From Novakomyces olei (lineage: Eukaryota): a stretch of DNA of 64,000 nucleotides. This document shows positions 23,181 to 33,496 of this stretch, piece by piece (the first letter of the stretch is position 1; every line of letters begins with the position of its first letter). A program made the translations under genes and the position numbers. The DNA lies in contig JADEYG010000009.1 in NCBI GenBank assembly GCA_016906335.1, positions 806,001 through 870,000 on the forward strand, in the 5' to 3' direction. The notes under the pieces are model-generated. The model searched no databases and was not told the origin of the DNA. It was given only the letters and a program-made list of their open reading frames with translations.

Positions 23181-23713
23181 GCGGACTCAATATTAATCAC
23201 AATATTGATGAATAGGGAACATGGAGTTATAAAGGCGGGTATATGAGTATGAATGTATGTACACAATATTTATATACTTCCCTTTTTCAAACAGTTGTTC
23301 AAGAAATTTTAGCAATGAGATTTGTGGCAGGCTTTAGATTCGACAATGGACACGGTACAGCGCAGTTTTAGGCTCAATCCAGGGTTTCGTTTAGATCGAA
23401 CGATATTCGTTTTTCCAAAGCTGATTTCTTTGAATCAGATGAATTATATCAGTGTTTTAATGAGATTTATTCCGAAAATGTGTATGGCAATCCCGTTGAT
23501 ACAACAGAATGTATTTCTGCAACTCAAAACGCTTTCTACAATAAACCTTTTCTGCGGTAAAATGTTAAACTTTATTGTGATGATGAGAATCGCCTATTAC
23601 TAGTGTCTCCAAGTCAACAAGAAAACAAGCATGCCCAGCTCAAATCAAATTCTATACTTTTCTGTACTGTTAAACTAAACTTCTCTAGCTCAATGCCTAA
23701 TTCTGTGCGTTTT

Positions 23714-25549
23714 TTAATACTGCTCTGCAAACATGTGGACAATAACTTTGCTAGTCTCTGGATTCAAGGCGGCTTTAGCCACCGCAGAGCGTGCTTCAGT
23801 TATCATTTTCTCAGGTCCGCAAATAAGCAATGCGAGCGTCGGATTAGAAGGACTGCTCTTTAATTCGTTTCTAATTTCCTCAAGTATGATTTGGGCTATA
23901 TCCGGCCGGAAAAATTGAACGCTGGTTTGGCCTTTTTGGCCCGGTCCTGCTCCGATTTCGCCTGTGTTTGTAGACGCGCAGATTGCCTTGTCCGAGTATA
24001 GCTTTGGTAATTTATCTGGCCACTGATGCGTGGGGTCTTTACCTTTGGTTTTGTCTTTGTGAATAGTACCTATATCCTCGACCGGAGAATCCTCGCTTTT
24101 ACCGGAAATCCTTCTACCTTTTCCCCCGTTATTCTTATACTCTTGCTCTTGCTCTCGGCCGCCTTTTTGCACTGTTTCATGCAAAATTGCCTTGTCTTTC
24201 TCTTTCTGCTGCTGTGTGATATACAGATCCAATTTGACTCCGCACAATTGCCTCAACGCCTCTATATGATCGTGCATCCAGGAAACTTGTTCGCACGTTT
24301 GCACACTCCATACAACATGCACCTGTGTGGATTCGCTGCCCTTTTCCTCGTCAGCGGCTTTACGTTTAGCAGCAGCCAGAGCCAATGGCAGCGTCCATGT
24401 GGCACCGGACCCTCCGCACAGAGCAAGAACACGGGTATAAAGCTCGGGATTGAAGCTTAGAGCCGGCATGGAATCGTAAGGTCCGGATAAAATGGCTGTC
24501 AAACACTCGCCCTGCCTCTGAGCCAGATCACTCGTGAACCCGCTGCGTTTGCGAATAACAAAGGAGAATTTTGGTGACTTTTGGGGTCCTTTTTGTACCT
24601 CTTTTCCTTCATTTTCTTCCTCCCTTTGTTCCGTTTGTTTATCACTTTTCCGTTCATTATCTCCTGCTGCAAGAACTAGAGTAAAAGGATGCGACTGCAA
24701 GGGCCGAACTGCGGGGATAGTGAGGTAGGCAAAAGACCCCAATTTTGGTTTAAATTGCCGCCAGTTTCTTTCAAGGCCCACAAGGCAAACAGCACCCGCT
24801 CGCTCTTGTACTAGCACTTTTACGCTGGTGGGAGCAATTTGTGTGATTCTTATTAAACGCTCAATCCCCATGACAATAGCGATACAAATGATGCAGTGCC
24901 GAGAGAAATCTCCGTGCTGGCAAAGAGCAGCAAAGGAGACAATCGCGCCCACAATATGAAGGCAATAAAATGCTTCAAAGACCCGTCGACGAAGGCAGGG
25001 CAGGCTCATTACGAGGATAATGATCCAAGCAGCAAGAGCAGTCCAGCCCATCACCATAAAAGTCGAGGATAAAAGGTTTTGAGCATTAAACCCGTTTGAC
25101 TGAGAAAGAATTATACAGTGAAGGACACAGTGGCCAATGGCACTCACGATAACAAGGCAGCCAATGCATCTGTGCGCTCTATTAAGGCCACGATGGTTGA
25201 GACGGAAGAGCTCAAGCGGCTGTACTCGCAGAGAAAAAAGGAGCAAAAAGGGCAGATTGACAATGCTTATCCAGCCCAGTCGATGGGCCATCGTGTGCAG
25301 CGACACCGGTTTCTTAAAGGCAAGGCCAGCGTTTATTGCAGCATAAATTAGCAGCAGTAGCAAGTATCCAAATGTGCAAGAGCTGTCCAACTGAGCCGGC
25401 AGCGGCCGAGTCAGAGTGGACGTGTACACTTGCGAAACGCCTCTCAACTTGTCATTTCTCACAATTTTTCTGGTCGTCAGGAAAACGAGGGCTCTAGTCA
25501 GTAGGAAACTTATTCCTAGCGGCAATACAATGGCCCAGTACGCCGACAT
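23714..25549 (-). CDS. Ferric/cupric reductase transmembrane component (FRE family)
   Basis: Heme His pairs AHR..GHCVLH and LH..QH, FAD-binding HPFT, GPY, NADPH-binding GGSG and ICGP. Confidence 0.92.
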   Translation of the reverse strand: MSAYWAIVLPLGISFLLTRALVFLTTRKIVRNDKLRGVSQVYTSTLTRPLPAQLDSSCTFGYLLLLLIYAAINAGLAFKKPVSLHTMAHRLGWISIVNLPFLLLFSLRVQPLELFRLNHRGLNRAHRCIGCLVIVSAIGHCVLHCIILSQSNGFNAQNLLSSTFMVMGWTALAAWIIILVMSLPCLRRRVFEAFYCLHIVGAIVSFAALCQHGDFSRHCIICIAIVMGIERLIRITQIAPTSVKVLVQERAGAVCLVGLERNWRQFKPKLGSFAYLTIPAVRPLQSHPFTLVLAAGDNERKSDKQTEQREEENEGKEVQKGPQKSPKFSFVIRKRSGFTSDLAQRQGECLTAILSGPYDSMPALSFNPELYTRVLALCGGSGATWTLPLALAAAKRKAADEEKGSESTQVHVVWSVQTCEQVSWMHDHIEALRQLCGVKLDLYITQQQKEKDKAILHETVQKGGREQEQEYKNNGGKGRRISGKSEDSPVEDIGTIHKDKTKGKDPTHQWPDKLPKLYSDKAICASTNTGEIGAGPGQKGQTSVQFFRPDIAQIILEEIRNELKSSPSNPTLALLICGPEKMITEARSAVAKAALNPETSKVIVHMFAEQY

Positions 25550-25803
25550 TTGGCTGATCAGGCCGTCTTTAAGTATTCTTTGGCTAAAAAAGTATTTTTA
25601 AAAAATCTAATCGTTAACTGCTTACCGTTTTGTATTTGCAATTTGCTAGACTTGATGTTTTGAGATTTGCTCCGTCTTTAAATCGACTATAGTCTGTCTT
25701 TCGGTACCTTTTAGTAAATTTTTTCTTTGTTCAGCGGCCAATGGACGAGTCAGGGCGATAAACTGACGTTTGTAAATATCGTGATAATCAAAAATTGTAA
25801 ATT

Positions 25804-26786
25804 TGAGCCGGTCGATCGTGTAGCTTTGATAAAATCTGTGATTCGGCGTTGGCGAAATCAGGAAAAGTCCCAAAAAGGTAGAATGCGGCTAAGGTAAAGT
25901 ACCGTCACGCGACCTCATTGTCGGCAGCTCCTTTTATATATTAGCTTTGTTTTGCGTGCCGGAAGCCAAAACACAAACTAAAAAAATAAAGTCCAATATA
26001 CGAAGAGCGCATTTTGTGGTTTGCGTCGATCAGTCATACTTGAGCGTCATCATTCCTACGCGCTCTCGCTCAACGCGTAAACTCGCAAAAGTATGAGAAA
26101 GTCTTTGTTTCGCTCAAACACAATGAATTACTCTGTTCGGCAGCGATACGTGGATATGGTTTTAGCCAATAGAAAGCGTTGTTCGCGATTCAGATTATAG
26201 GCAAGGAAATACTTTGATGAAAAGCTTGGAATTAGAATAAAGATAATTTATTGAACAGATCATATTCTTAGCGCGGCAAACCAATTCAAACGGCAACCGA
26301 TGCCAATCAAATGCATTGTAAGTATTTCATGAAGTGAGACACTGTCATTACGAGCGGCTCATTATAAAGCGTACCATTATGCGCTTCAATGTCTTGTGTG
26401 TAGTTTTTGCCGGAAAGAAAATATTGCAAAAGAAAACAGCCATTGTTGCCCTCTTTGATTCTGTTCGTGGCACAGGCTCAATCGCCTCATTTGCGTGACC
26501 TCTGTTTGCATCAGATATTATAAAACAAAGAGGCATAATGAATGTGTTGTGTGGGATACAGATCAATGCTTGTGTATAATCAAAGGCTTGAGATATTACG
26601 TAATTCTCCTTAACCCTAATCAGCCCTACTATAGGTTCGCGTGCATAATTCCGACGACAGATATACATGCATACATTAATTTATAATATTAGAACTTTCC
26701 TATAGCAAATAAAACCCACGACAATTAATTTATGGATTTTATTAGTCTAGTCTACGCGTTTTCTACATACAAATAAAAATCGCTCA
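25804..26786. promoter_or_regulatory. Shared FRE/CTR promoter with repeated GCTCA cores (Mac1-type copper-responsive element candidates)
   Basis: GCTCA/TGAGC at 25804, 26041, 26068, 26112, 26357, 26476 and 26782; TATATAAAA on the minus strand at about 25932-25940. Confidence 0.45.
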
Positions 26787-27079
26787 AAAACCTCTCAATA
26801 AGCTTCCCAAATAAAAAGACGCACCCGAACACCAAAAAGGGAAATTCAGCATCGGCCGACAGCAAAGTGTACAAAATGGCCCGACCTGCCGGAGTCACAA
26901 AGCAGCGATCGTTCATTGATTATCTTGACGACCTTTAATTCTGCGCTAAGGATTCGTCTAAAGTCTCTAAATTGGCGCTTGGTCGGTTCGGGTGCTTGAA
27001 GTGTTTGATAGCAAATCTCTGTTGAACAGGGCATTTGTAATTTTTATTTTTTTTGCGCTTTGAACTTTAAAAGATCACG

Positions 27080-27628
27080 ATGGACATGCACGATATGAAT
27101 ACGAATGCGACTGCTGTCGGCGGTGGCATGAAGATGTATTTGCATAACGATTGGGCTTCGACACCAGTAGTTTTCCAAACATGGGTGCCGCGGTCACGTG
27201 GAGCCTTTTTCGGTACTTGGTTAGCGCTTGCCTGTATTGCGGCTCTTTTAAGGCTACTTTTGGCTGCACGTGTATGGTACGAGTCAGGCTGGGCTGCGAG
27301 GTGTTACCAGAGGCATTACTGCGTACGGCAACGGCGATCACCGCAGTCTGATAGCGACGAAAAATCGACAGCGAGTACACTACCAGCTACGCCTGCGTTT
27401 TTACTCCATATTGAGATTGGCCGTATGCTCCTTGTATTCGGAACCGCCTTTGTATCATATTTTCTCATGCTGGCGGCAATGACTTATGTGTTGGGATACA
27501 TTTTCGCCATTTGTACTGGCCTTGCTTTAACGGAGCTTGCAGTCGGACGGTATCGGACTTGCCGTTCAGAGGGGCCCCTTCCAGAATGCCTGGATAGTGC
27601 ACAATTATCTGCCGCAGAAGTCCTTTGA
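27080..27628 (+). CDS. Ctr-family copper transporter
   Basis: Met-rich N-terminus MDMHDM..MKMYLH, TM1, SYFLMLAAMTY (MxxxM). Confidence 0.92.
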   Translation: MDMHDMNTNATAVGGGMKMYLHNDWASTPVVFQTWVPRSRGAFFGTWLALACIAALLRLLLAARVWYESGWAARCYQRHYCVRQRRSPQSDSDEKSTASTLPATPAFLLHIEIGRMLLVFGTAFVSYFLMLAAMTYVLGYIFAICTGLALTELAVGRYRTCRSEGPLPECLDSAQLSAAEVL

Positions 27629-28202
27629 GCGTCTGGACTACGAATGAAGAGCATTTTCGAAGCGCTGGTCACTTTATATTCTTTACTTTTTTAATTTTTT
27701 TTTTGTTGACGACTGTTACAAATATTTTCAATCCACGCATGCATAAAGGTTGGTGTAGAAGCGTGGACGATATGTTGAACTATTATATATAAATTCCAAA
27801 AGATTTATAGATGACGAATTGATATAAAACAAGCGAATAACCGTCTGCATCCTCCTCCAAGCCCACAATAGTCTGATTTAATTGGCTTCGGTATAGGCTC
27901 CAGTATAGGCTGCAGTATAGGCTCTATTGGCTCTAATACTCGTAAGGCAATCGGGGCCCTGTTCCTCGCTCATTTTAAGTGTATAATATTATTACTCTAG
28001 ATTTCGCCAGCATCTACTTTATGTAGGGTTTTCGGCTATAATGAACATGTCGGTATTCGTACAATGCCGCTATCCCAATGAACGCGTATATCACACTATC
28101 AAACTACCGACAACCGTTGGTAAGGGTTTTCGTAAGGCGGGGAATAATGGGATTGTTGAAAATTTAAAAGCAGCAACTGTCAAACATAATACGGCACTCA
28201 AA

Positions 28203-29486
28203 ATGACTCTCGACAATGTTGCGGTGTATACGAATCCTGAACACGATCTTTGGATCGAGAATGTTCCCATTCAAGAGCCCAAGGAAGGCGAGTGCCTTGT
28301 CCACGTCCGCTCAACCGGGTATGATAGGCTTATTGTTTCAAGATGGCTAATCCCATAGAATCTGTGGGAGTGACGTCAAATTTTGGAAGTCTGGGCATAT
28401 TGGCGACATGGTAAGCATTCGATTGCTCCCGTAATACTGACAACAGATTGTGCGTGGGCCAAACGGTCTCGGGCACGAGTCTGCGGGAACAGTCGTCAAA
28501 GTAGGCCCGGGCGTGACAAAGTTTAAGCCTGGTGATCGGGTTGCCATTGAGCGTACGCCTTTAATCCTTTATTTATGGATCTTTATTTATGCGTCTTTTG
28601 CAATCAAAATTTGCCTTTCACTTGCTTTACATTTATTTGCCATTGTATACACTGACTAATCTTTTCAGCCGGAGTCCCCTGCAGTAAGCCAACGTGTGAG
28701 ATGTGCCGTATTGGCCGCTATAACGCGTGCCCCGACGTTGTGTTTTACAGCACTCCGCCGTTCCATGGAACTCTTCGAAAGTTCCATACTCACCCGGCCG
28801 CCTGGCTCCATGCTCTTCCCGACAACATCTCATTCCAGGAGGGAGCAATGCTGGAGCCTTTGAGTGTAGCTCTCGCTGGCGTTGATCGGGCTGGTATCAA
28901 AATAGGCATGCCTATTCTTATTACTGGAGCTGGTCCTATTGGTCTCATTTCACTGCTTGTTGCAAAGGCTGCTGGCGCTTGTCCTATTGTAATTACAGAT
29001 TTGAATGAGGGAAGACTGGCAATGGCTAAAAAACTCGTGCCTTATTGCAAGACTCTCTTGATCGATCCGGCTCAGTCCCCTCAGGAGACGGCCAAACGTG
29101 TGCGTAATGCTATGCCTGGCGGCCTTGCTCCAGAGGTTACGCTAGAATGCACAGGCGTCGAGTCTAGTATTCACATGGCTATATATGCCTCGCGGTTTGG
29201 CGGTATGGTTTTTGTTATCGGTGTCGGCAAGGACATTCAAACTGTGCCTTTTATGGAACTGTCGGCTCGTGAAATTGATTTGCGCTACCAATACCGTTAC
29301 CACGAAACTTGGCCTCGTGCAATCAGACTCGTGGAGAACGGCCTTATTGATATGCGTCCACTCGTCACTCACGAGTTTTCATTCGATAAGGCGCTTGATG
29401 CTTTTTACACAGCCGCAGATATTACACGTGGAAGTATAAAGTGTCAGGTAGTTGAACCTGAGATGCCTCTTGGCGCATTCGCTTGA
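28203..29486 (+). CDS. LAD1: L-arabinitol 4-dehydrogenase (zinc medium-chain dehydrogenase), 4 exons
   Basis: [23 protein letters not shown], structural-Zn cysteines, GAGPIG; LAD-type GDM and YQYRY; introns 28319-28358, 28411-28446 and 28552-28668; Mig1/CreA-like GCGGGG at 28137. Confidence 0.85.
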
Positions 29487-29704
29487 TACAGTAGGAGAGG
29501 GCGTGATACACGCATGATGATTTTTTTTTTTTCGGCAGGCTCAGTATAAAGAATTGTTGTATAATATACTGATAAAGAATCCAGCAAGCTCCAGTTATTA
29601 TCTTGGTCGTATATATGTTTAAAATGGATCGATAGAAAAAGGTTTTCCAATCTCAATACATTTTTATTTTGCTTTCCAACACGAATGGACATGTATATAT
29701 ATAA

Positions 29705-30848
29705 TTATTTTTGTACACGAACGTCCATTGACGGTCGAGCCAGTCGGGCTACAAGCCCGGCTAGTTGTAAAAGTGTCTGCACTCCCTCGAGTACGACCAT
29801 ATGAGTTGTCCCAATTTCCCTTAAATAAGCGAGTCGTTTAGCCTCCGGCACGTCTGGAAGAGCTTTGGCCACACGAAACAAGGTGGTCACTATATCAACC
29901 GCACTGTACCCCTTATCCCATAGCCGACGTAGCCGATCGAGAGCAGAGTCAACGTCGCCTTTGGCACAGTCGTTCAAAAGAGCAGCTGCCGCTGCGGGGC
30001 TTGGCTGATCCGCAATTTTCAGTACATTTTCCCCAGTGACACGACCATTAAATCCAGCAGCTGTGCTCTGTAAATTATTGATCGCCTGCCGCATATCGCC
30101 CTCAGCACTAAAAATTAAGGCAGCCAGTCCATCGTCGGTGTAATCCACACGCTCAGCCTTGCATACCTGGAGAAGACGCGTAAACAGCTGTTGCTCCGAC
30201 AACCGTGAAAACCGTAGAATAGCACAACGCGACTGGATTGGCTCGATAATTTTATTGCTCGCGTTACATGCGAGCGCAAAACGCGTAGTATTCGCGTATA
30301 TTTCCATTGTACGCCGAAGAGCCTGCTGTGCTCCGGCAGTCATACTATCGGCCTCATCGAGAATGACTACCTTGTGCCGTCCGGGCGGCAAATTTACGCG
30401 TTTTTGGGCAAAGGCTTTAATGCGGTTACGAACTACATCAATGCCGCGCTCGTCTGACGCATTGAGTTCGAGAACGGCTTCTTTGCTTTGATCTCCGAGT
30501 AGCTGATTGCACAAGCAAAGAATAGCTGTAGTTTTTCCAATACCAGGCGTGCCAGATATAATTATATGCGGCTATCGTAAGCCGTATGCTTAATCGCGCT
30601 TACTTACCATATTGCCGTCACGCGCAATGACTTTGAGACGTTCGATCGTCTCCTCATTACCGACAACATCGTCGAGCGTTCGGGGCCGGTACTTTTCAAC
30701 CCTAAACGTAAGCTTTTATTCCTAAAATATACGCATTTTTTTCCACTTGCTTTGTGCATTAGAGTTGGGAAACGTACCACGGTGTATCGATAGACGCCTC
30801 GACGCCTGAGAGGCCGGCGCCTGAATTGCTCGCCTTGGCCTGCGCCAT
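29705..30848 (-). CDS. RFC4: Replication factor C small subunit Rfc4 (3 exons)
   Basis: [44 protein letters not shown]; introns 30702-30777 and 30572-30607. Confidence 0.95.
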
Positions 30849-31481
30849 TTGGGTTTAAATAGCAGTACGTTATTGCCTTTAATAACGTGCTTTAATTAAT
30901 TATTAATTATTAATTGTTTACTATTCAGTTTATTATTTATTATTTATTATTTATTATTTATTATTTATTGTTGAGCAGCTGTCATTGTTCTGGCCCCTCT
31001 TCTTGCGTCTGCGGCAAACTTGCTGCTTATTTCTTAATTTATTGGCGTTCAACTCTTGGCGTAAGACTAGAAACCGGTACAATGGATCTCATACGAGTCG
31101 TACTTTGCGACTTGCAAGTCGTATGGATGATTGTGTATTGGTCGCAAAAGACTGTTTGCCACTTAAGATCTTATTCTATAGAATAATCTATGTGCTTGAG
31201 ATTTTGTTTATGGCGCTCAGTATTAGCGTAGTATAGTGTAAGGGTGTGAAAGGAATCAGTATTAAGCACGTTTCAATGGAGACGTAGTGCACCAATATAC
31301 AGCTGAGCGCTTTAATTCTAGCGAGAAAGTCTTTAGACCAATCAAGCGAGACTTGAAATGCAAAACACTTTTTCGTATTTATATTCATTTCTTTTTCACT
31401 GCGACAAGTGCGCATATCCAGAGAGCCAATAGCACAGTCATGCAGATAAACAGATACGCTGCCGATCATCGGAAGTCGGCG

Positions 31482-31520
31482 AAACCCTACTCTTCCCATA
31501 AACCCTAACCCTTAAACCCT
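31482..31520. promoter_or_regulatory. AACCCT(AA) cluster upstream of arginase
   Basis: AAACCCTAC, AAACCCTAACCCTTAAACCCT. Confidence 0.45.
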
Positions 31521-31834
31521 GCACTAATCTGCCACGAAGGTGAAAAATACAAGACACATTTTGCCCTGAAAGTTTGCACGCAAGCAATTCCCATACTCAT
31601 TAATTCCCTCGGCAGACTGTATCCGAGAGCGTATATAACGAAAATAAGCCCAGTTCAAAACAAAGGCAAAAAAGAATATAGAAAAAAAGTGTAGAAAAGA
31701 TTATAAAACAATATATATTATAAAAAATATATATATTATAAAAAAATACATATTATAAAAAAATTACAAAACCTCTAAACACCTCCCCAACACGTATAAA
31801 ACCCGCCAAACCATCCAACGGCAAAGTGCAGGCC

Positions 31835-32803
31835 ATGATTGATTCGACCAACGTACCACGGTCGTCGCGCAAGTTCCTCCCCGATGGGTCAGTGGGCATA
31901 ATTGGCTGCCCCTTCAGCGGCGGGCAATCGCGGCCGGGCGTAGACGATGCGCCCACGCAGTTGGTGGATAGGGGTCTTGTTGGCGAGCTGGAAGAGCTGG
32001 GCTGGAAGGTAACGTTTGACGGTCACCAGCAGTTTGCCGCTCTGCAGCCCACGGCCGAGGCGGACCCGCCCGTCGGCCGTTGCCGGAATGTGCGGTACGT
32101 GTCCGCCGTAACGCGGGCTGTTCGAGAGGCAGTTTCATCCCATCTCTCGCGTGGGCAGGTGGCCCTTACTCTGGGCGGAGACCATTCGCTCGCCATTGGC
32201 ACTGTCAGCGGCGTAATGGACGTTTTCCCTGAAGCGTGTCTCCTGTGGATCGATGCGCATGCGGATATAAACACGCCGGACAGTACGCCGTCTGGAAACC
32301 TGCACGGCTGCCCTCTCAGCTTCGTGACTGGTCTCGCTGGAGAGGGCACTCCGGAGCAATTGAAATGGGTTCCAAACTGCCTGCCCACGTCCCGTATCGC
32401 CTACATTGGCCTCCGCGACCTCGACCCCGTGGAGAAGCAGATACTGCGGCAGCACAATATCGCTGCCTTCTCCATGCACCATGTGGACAAGTACGGGATT
32501 GGCCGGGTTGTGGAGATGGCTTTGGATCGGGTGAACCCGGGGCTGCAGAGGCCGATTCATTTGTCTTTTGACGTTGATTCGATGGATCCTACTGTCACTC
32601 CGTCCACGGGGACTCCTGTACGCGGAGGGCTCACGTGGCGCGAGGGCATGTACATTTGCGAGGCTGTCGCAGAGACTGGGTGCCTTGTTGCTATGGACTT
32701 GATGGAGGTCAACCCTTCCCTGCAGGACGCAGAGGCGGTGGATTTGACCGTGAAAGCTGGGTGTGCACTCGTGCGCTGTGCTTTTGACGAGAGTTTGTTA
32801 TAG
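31835..32803 (+). CDS. CAR1: Arginase
   Basis: GGDHS, DAHADIN, SGNLHG, SFDVDSMDP, TGTPVRGG, EVNP. Confidence 0.97.
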   Translation: MIDSTNVPRSSRKFLPDGSVGIIGCPFSGGQSRPGVDDAPTQLVDRGLVGELEELGWKVTFDGHQQFAALQPTAEADPPVGRCRNVRYVSAVTRAVREAVSSHLSRGQVALTLGGDHSLAIGTVSGVMDVFPEACLLWIDAHADINTPDSTPSGNLHGCPLSFVTGLAGEGTPEQLKWVPNCLPTSRIAYIGLRDLDPVEKQILRQHNIAAFSMHHVDKYGIGRVVEMALDRVNPGLQRPIHLSFDVDSMDPTVTPSTGTPVRGGLTWREGMYICEAVAETGCLVAMDLMEVNPSLQDAEAVDLTVKAGCALVRCAFDESLL

Positions 32804-32882
32804 CGATACTGGATTGATAGACGGTAATACACTTTGCATGCGACATAGCACATTACAAATAACCGGTAATTGGATATTTAAA

Positions 32883-33104
32883 AATGTTGTAAATGAATGT
32901 TGTAAATGAATGTTGTAAATGAATGTTGTAAATGAATGTTGTAAATGAATGTTGTAAATGAATGTTGTAAATGAATGTTGTAAATGAATGCTGTAAATGA
33001 ATGTTGTAAATGAATGTTGTAAATGAATGTTGTAAATGAATGTTGTAAATGAATGTTGTAAATGAATGTTGTAAATGAATGTTGTAAATGAATGTTTTAA
33101 AATG
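32883..33104. repeat. 13-bp minisatellite (AATGTTGTAAATG) x16 plus one degenerate copy
   Basis: Counted directly; one unit has GCTG. Confidence 0.97.
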
Positions 33105-33151
33105 AATATTATAATCGAATATTTTTGAAATGAATATTTATAAAATGATCA

Positions 33152-33268
33152 CATCGATGAATATATCGATGAATATATCGATAATATATCGATGAATATA
33201 TCGATAATATATCGATAATACATCGATAATATATCGATAATATATCGATAATATATCGATAATATATC
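33152..33268. repeat. Array of ATCGAT-containing 11-12-bp units (ATATATCGATA)
   Basis: About 10 ATCGAT palindromes separated by short AT-rich spacers. Confidence 0.9.
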
Positions 33269-33496
33269 ATGACTATTGACAAATCTACTCTGTCCATTAC
33301 TATACTGTAAGCAGCAGCGTCAAACATTCAACCACACAAGGCACTGCTTGCCGAATTGATTGGGCTAAACACCGACACGTCCGGACAACTAGACACCCGT
33401 ACGATATAAAACAACCATCGCATTAAACCAAAATTTCCTATATATGTTTGCTTTCCATGTATAAATAGATATAAATAAATAACTGTATCCCTGGTA

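Noticed and set aside
26609..26621. TAACCCTAA (also at 20757) as a telomerase RNA template
   Set aside because: No recognisable pseudoknot, CR4/5 or Sm site nearby; both sites lie in promoters and fit protein-binding sites better. A covariance-model search would be needed to exclude it fully.
30914..31508. Short ORFs in the RFC4/arginase spacer
   Set aside because: Overlap on both strands with no motif; likely promoter DNA
32883..33104. CRISPR-like array
   Set aside because: No spacers, eukaryotic context, no cas genes
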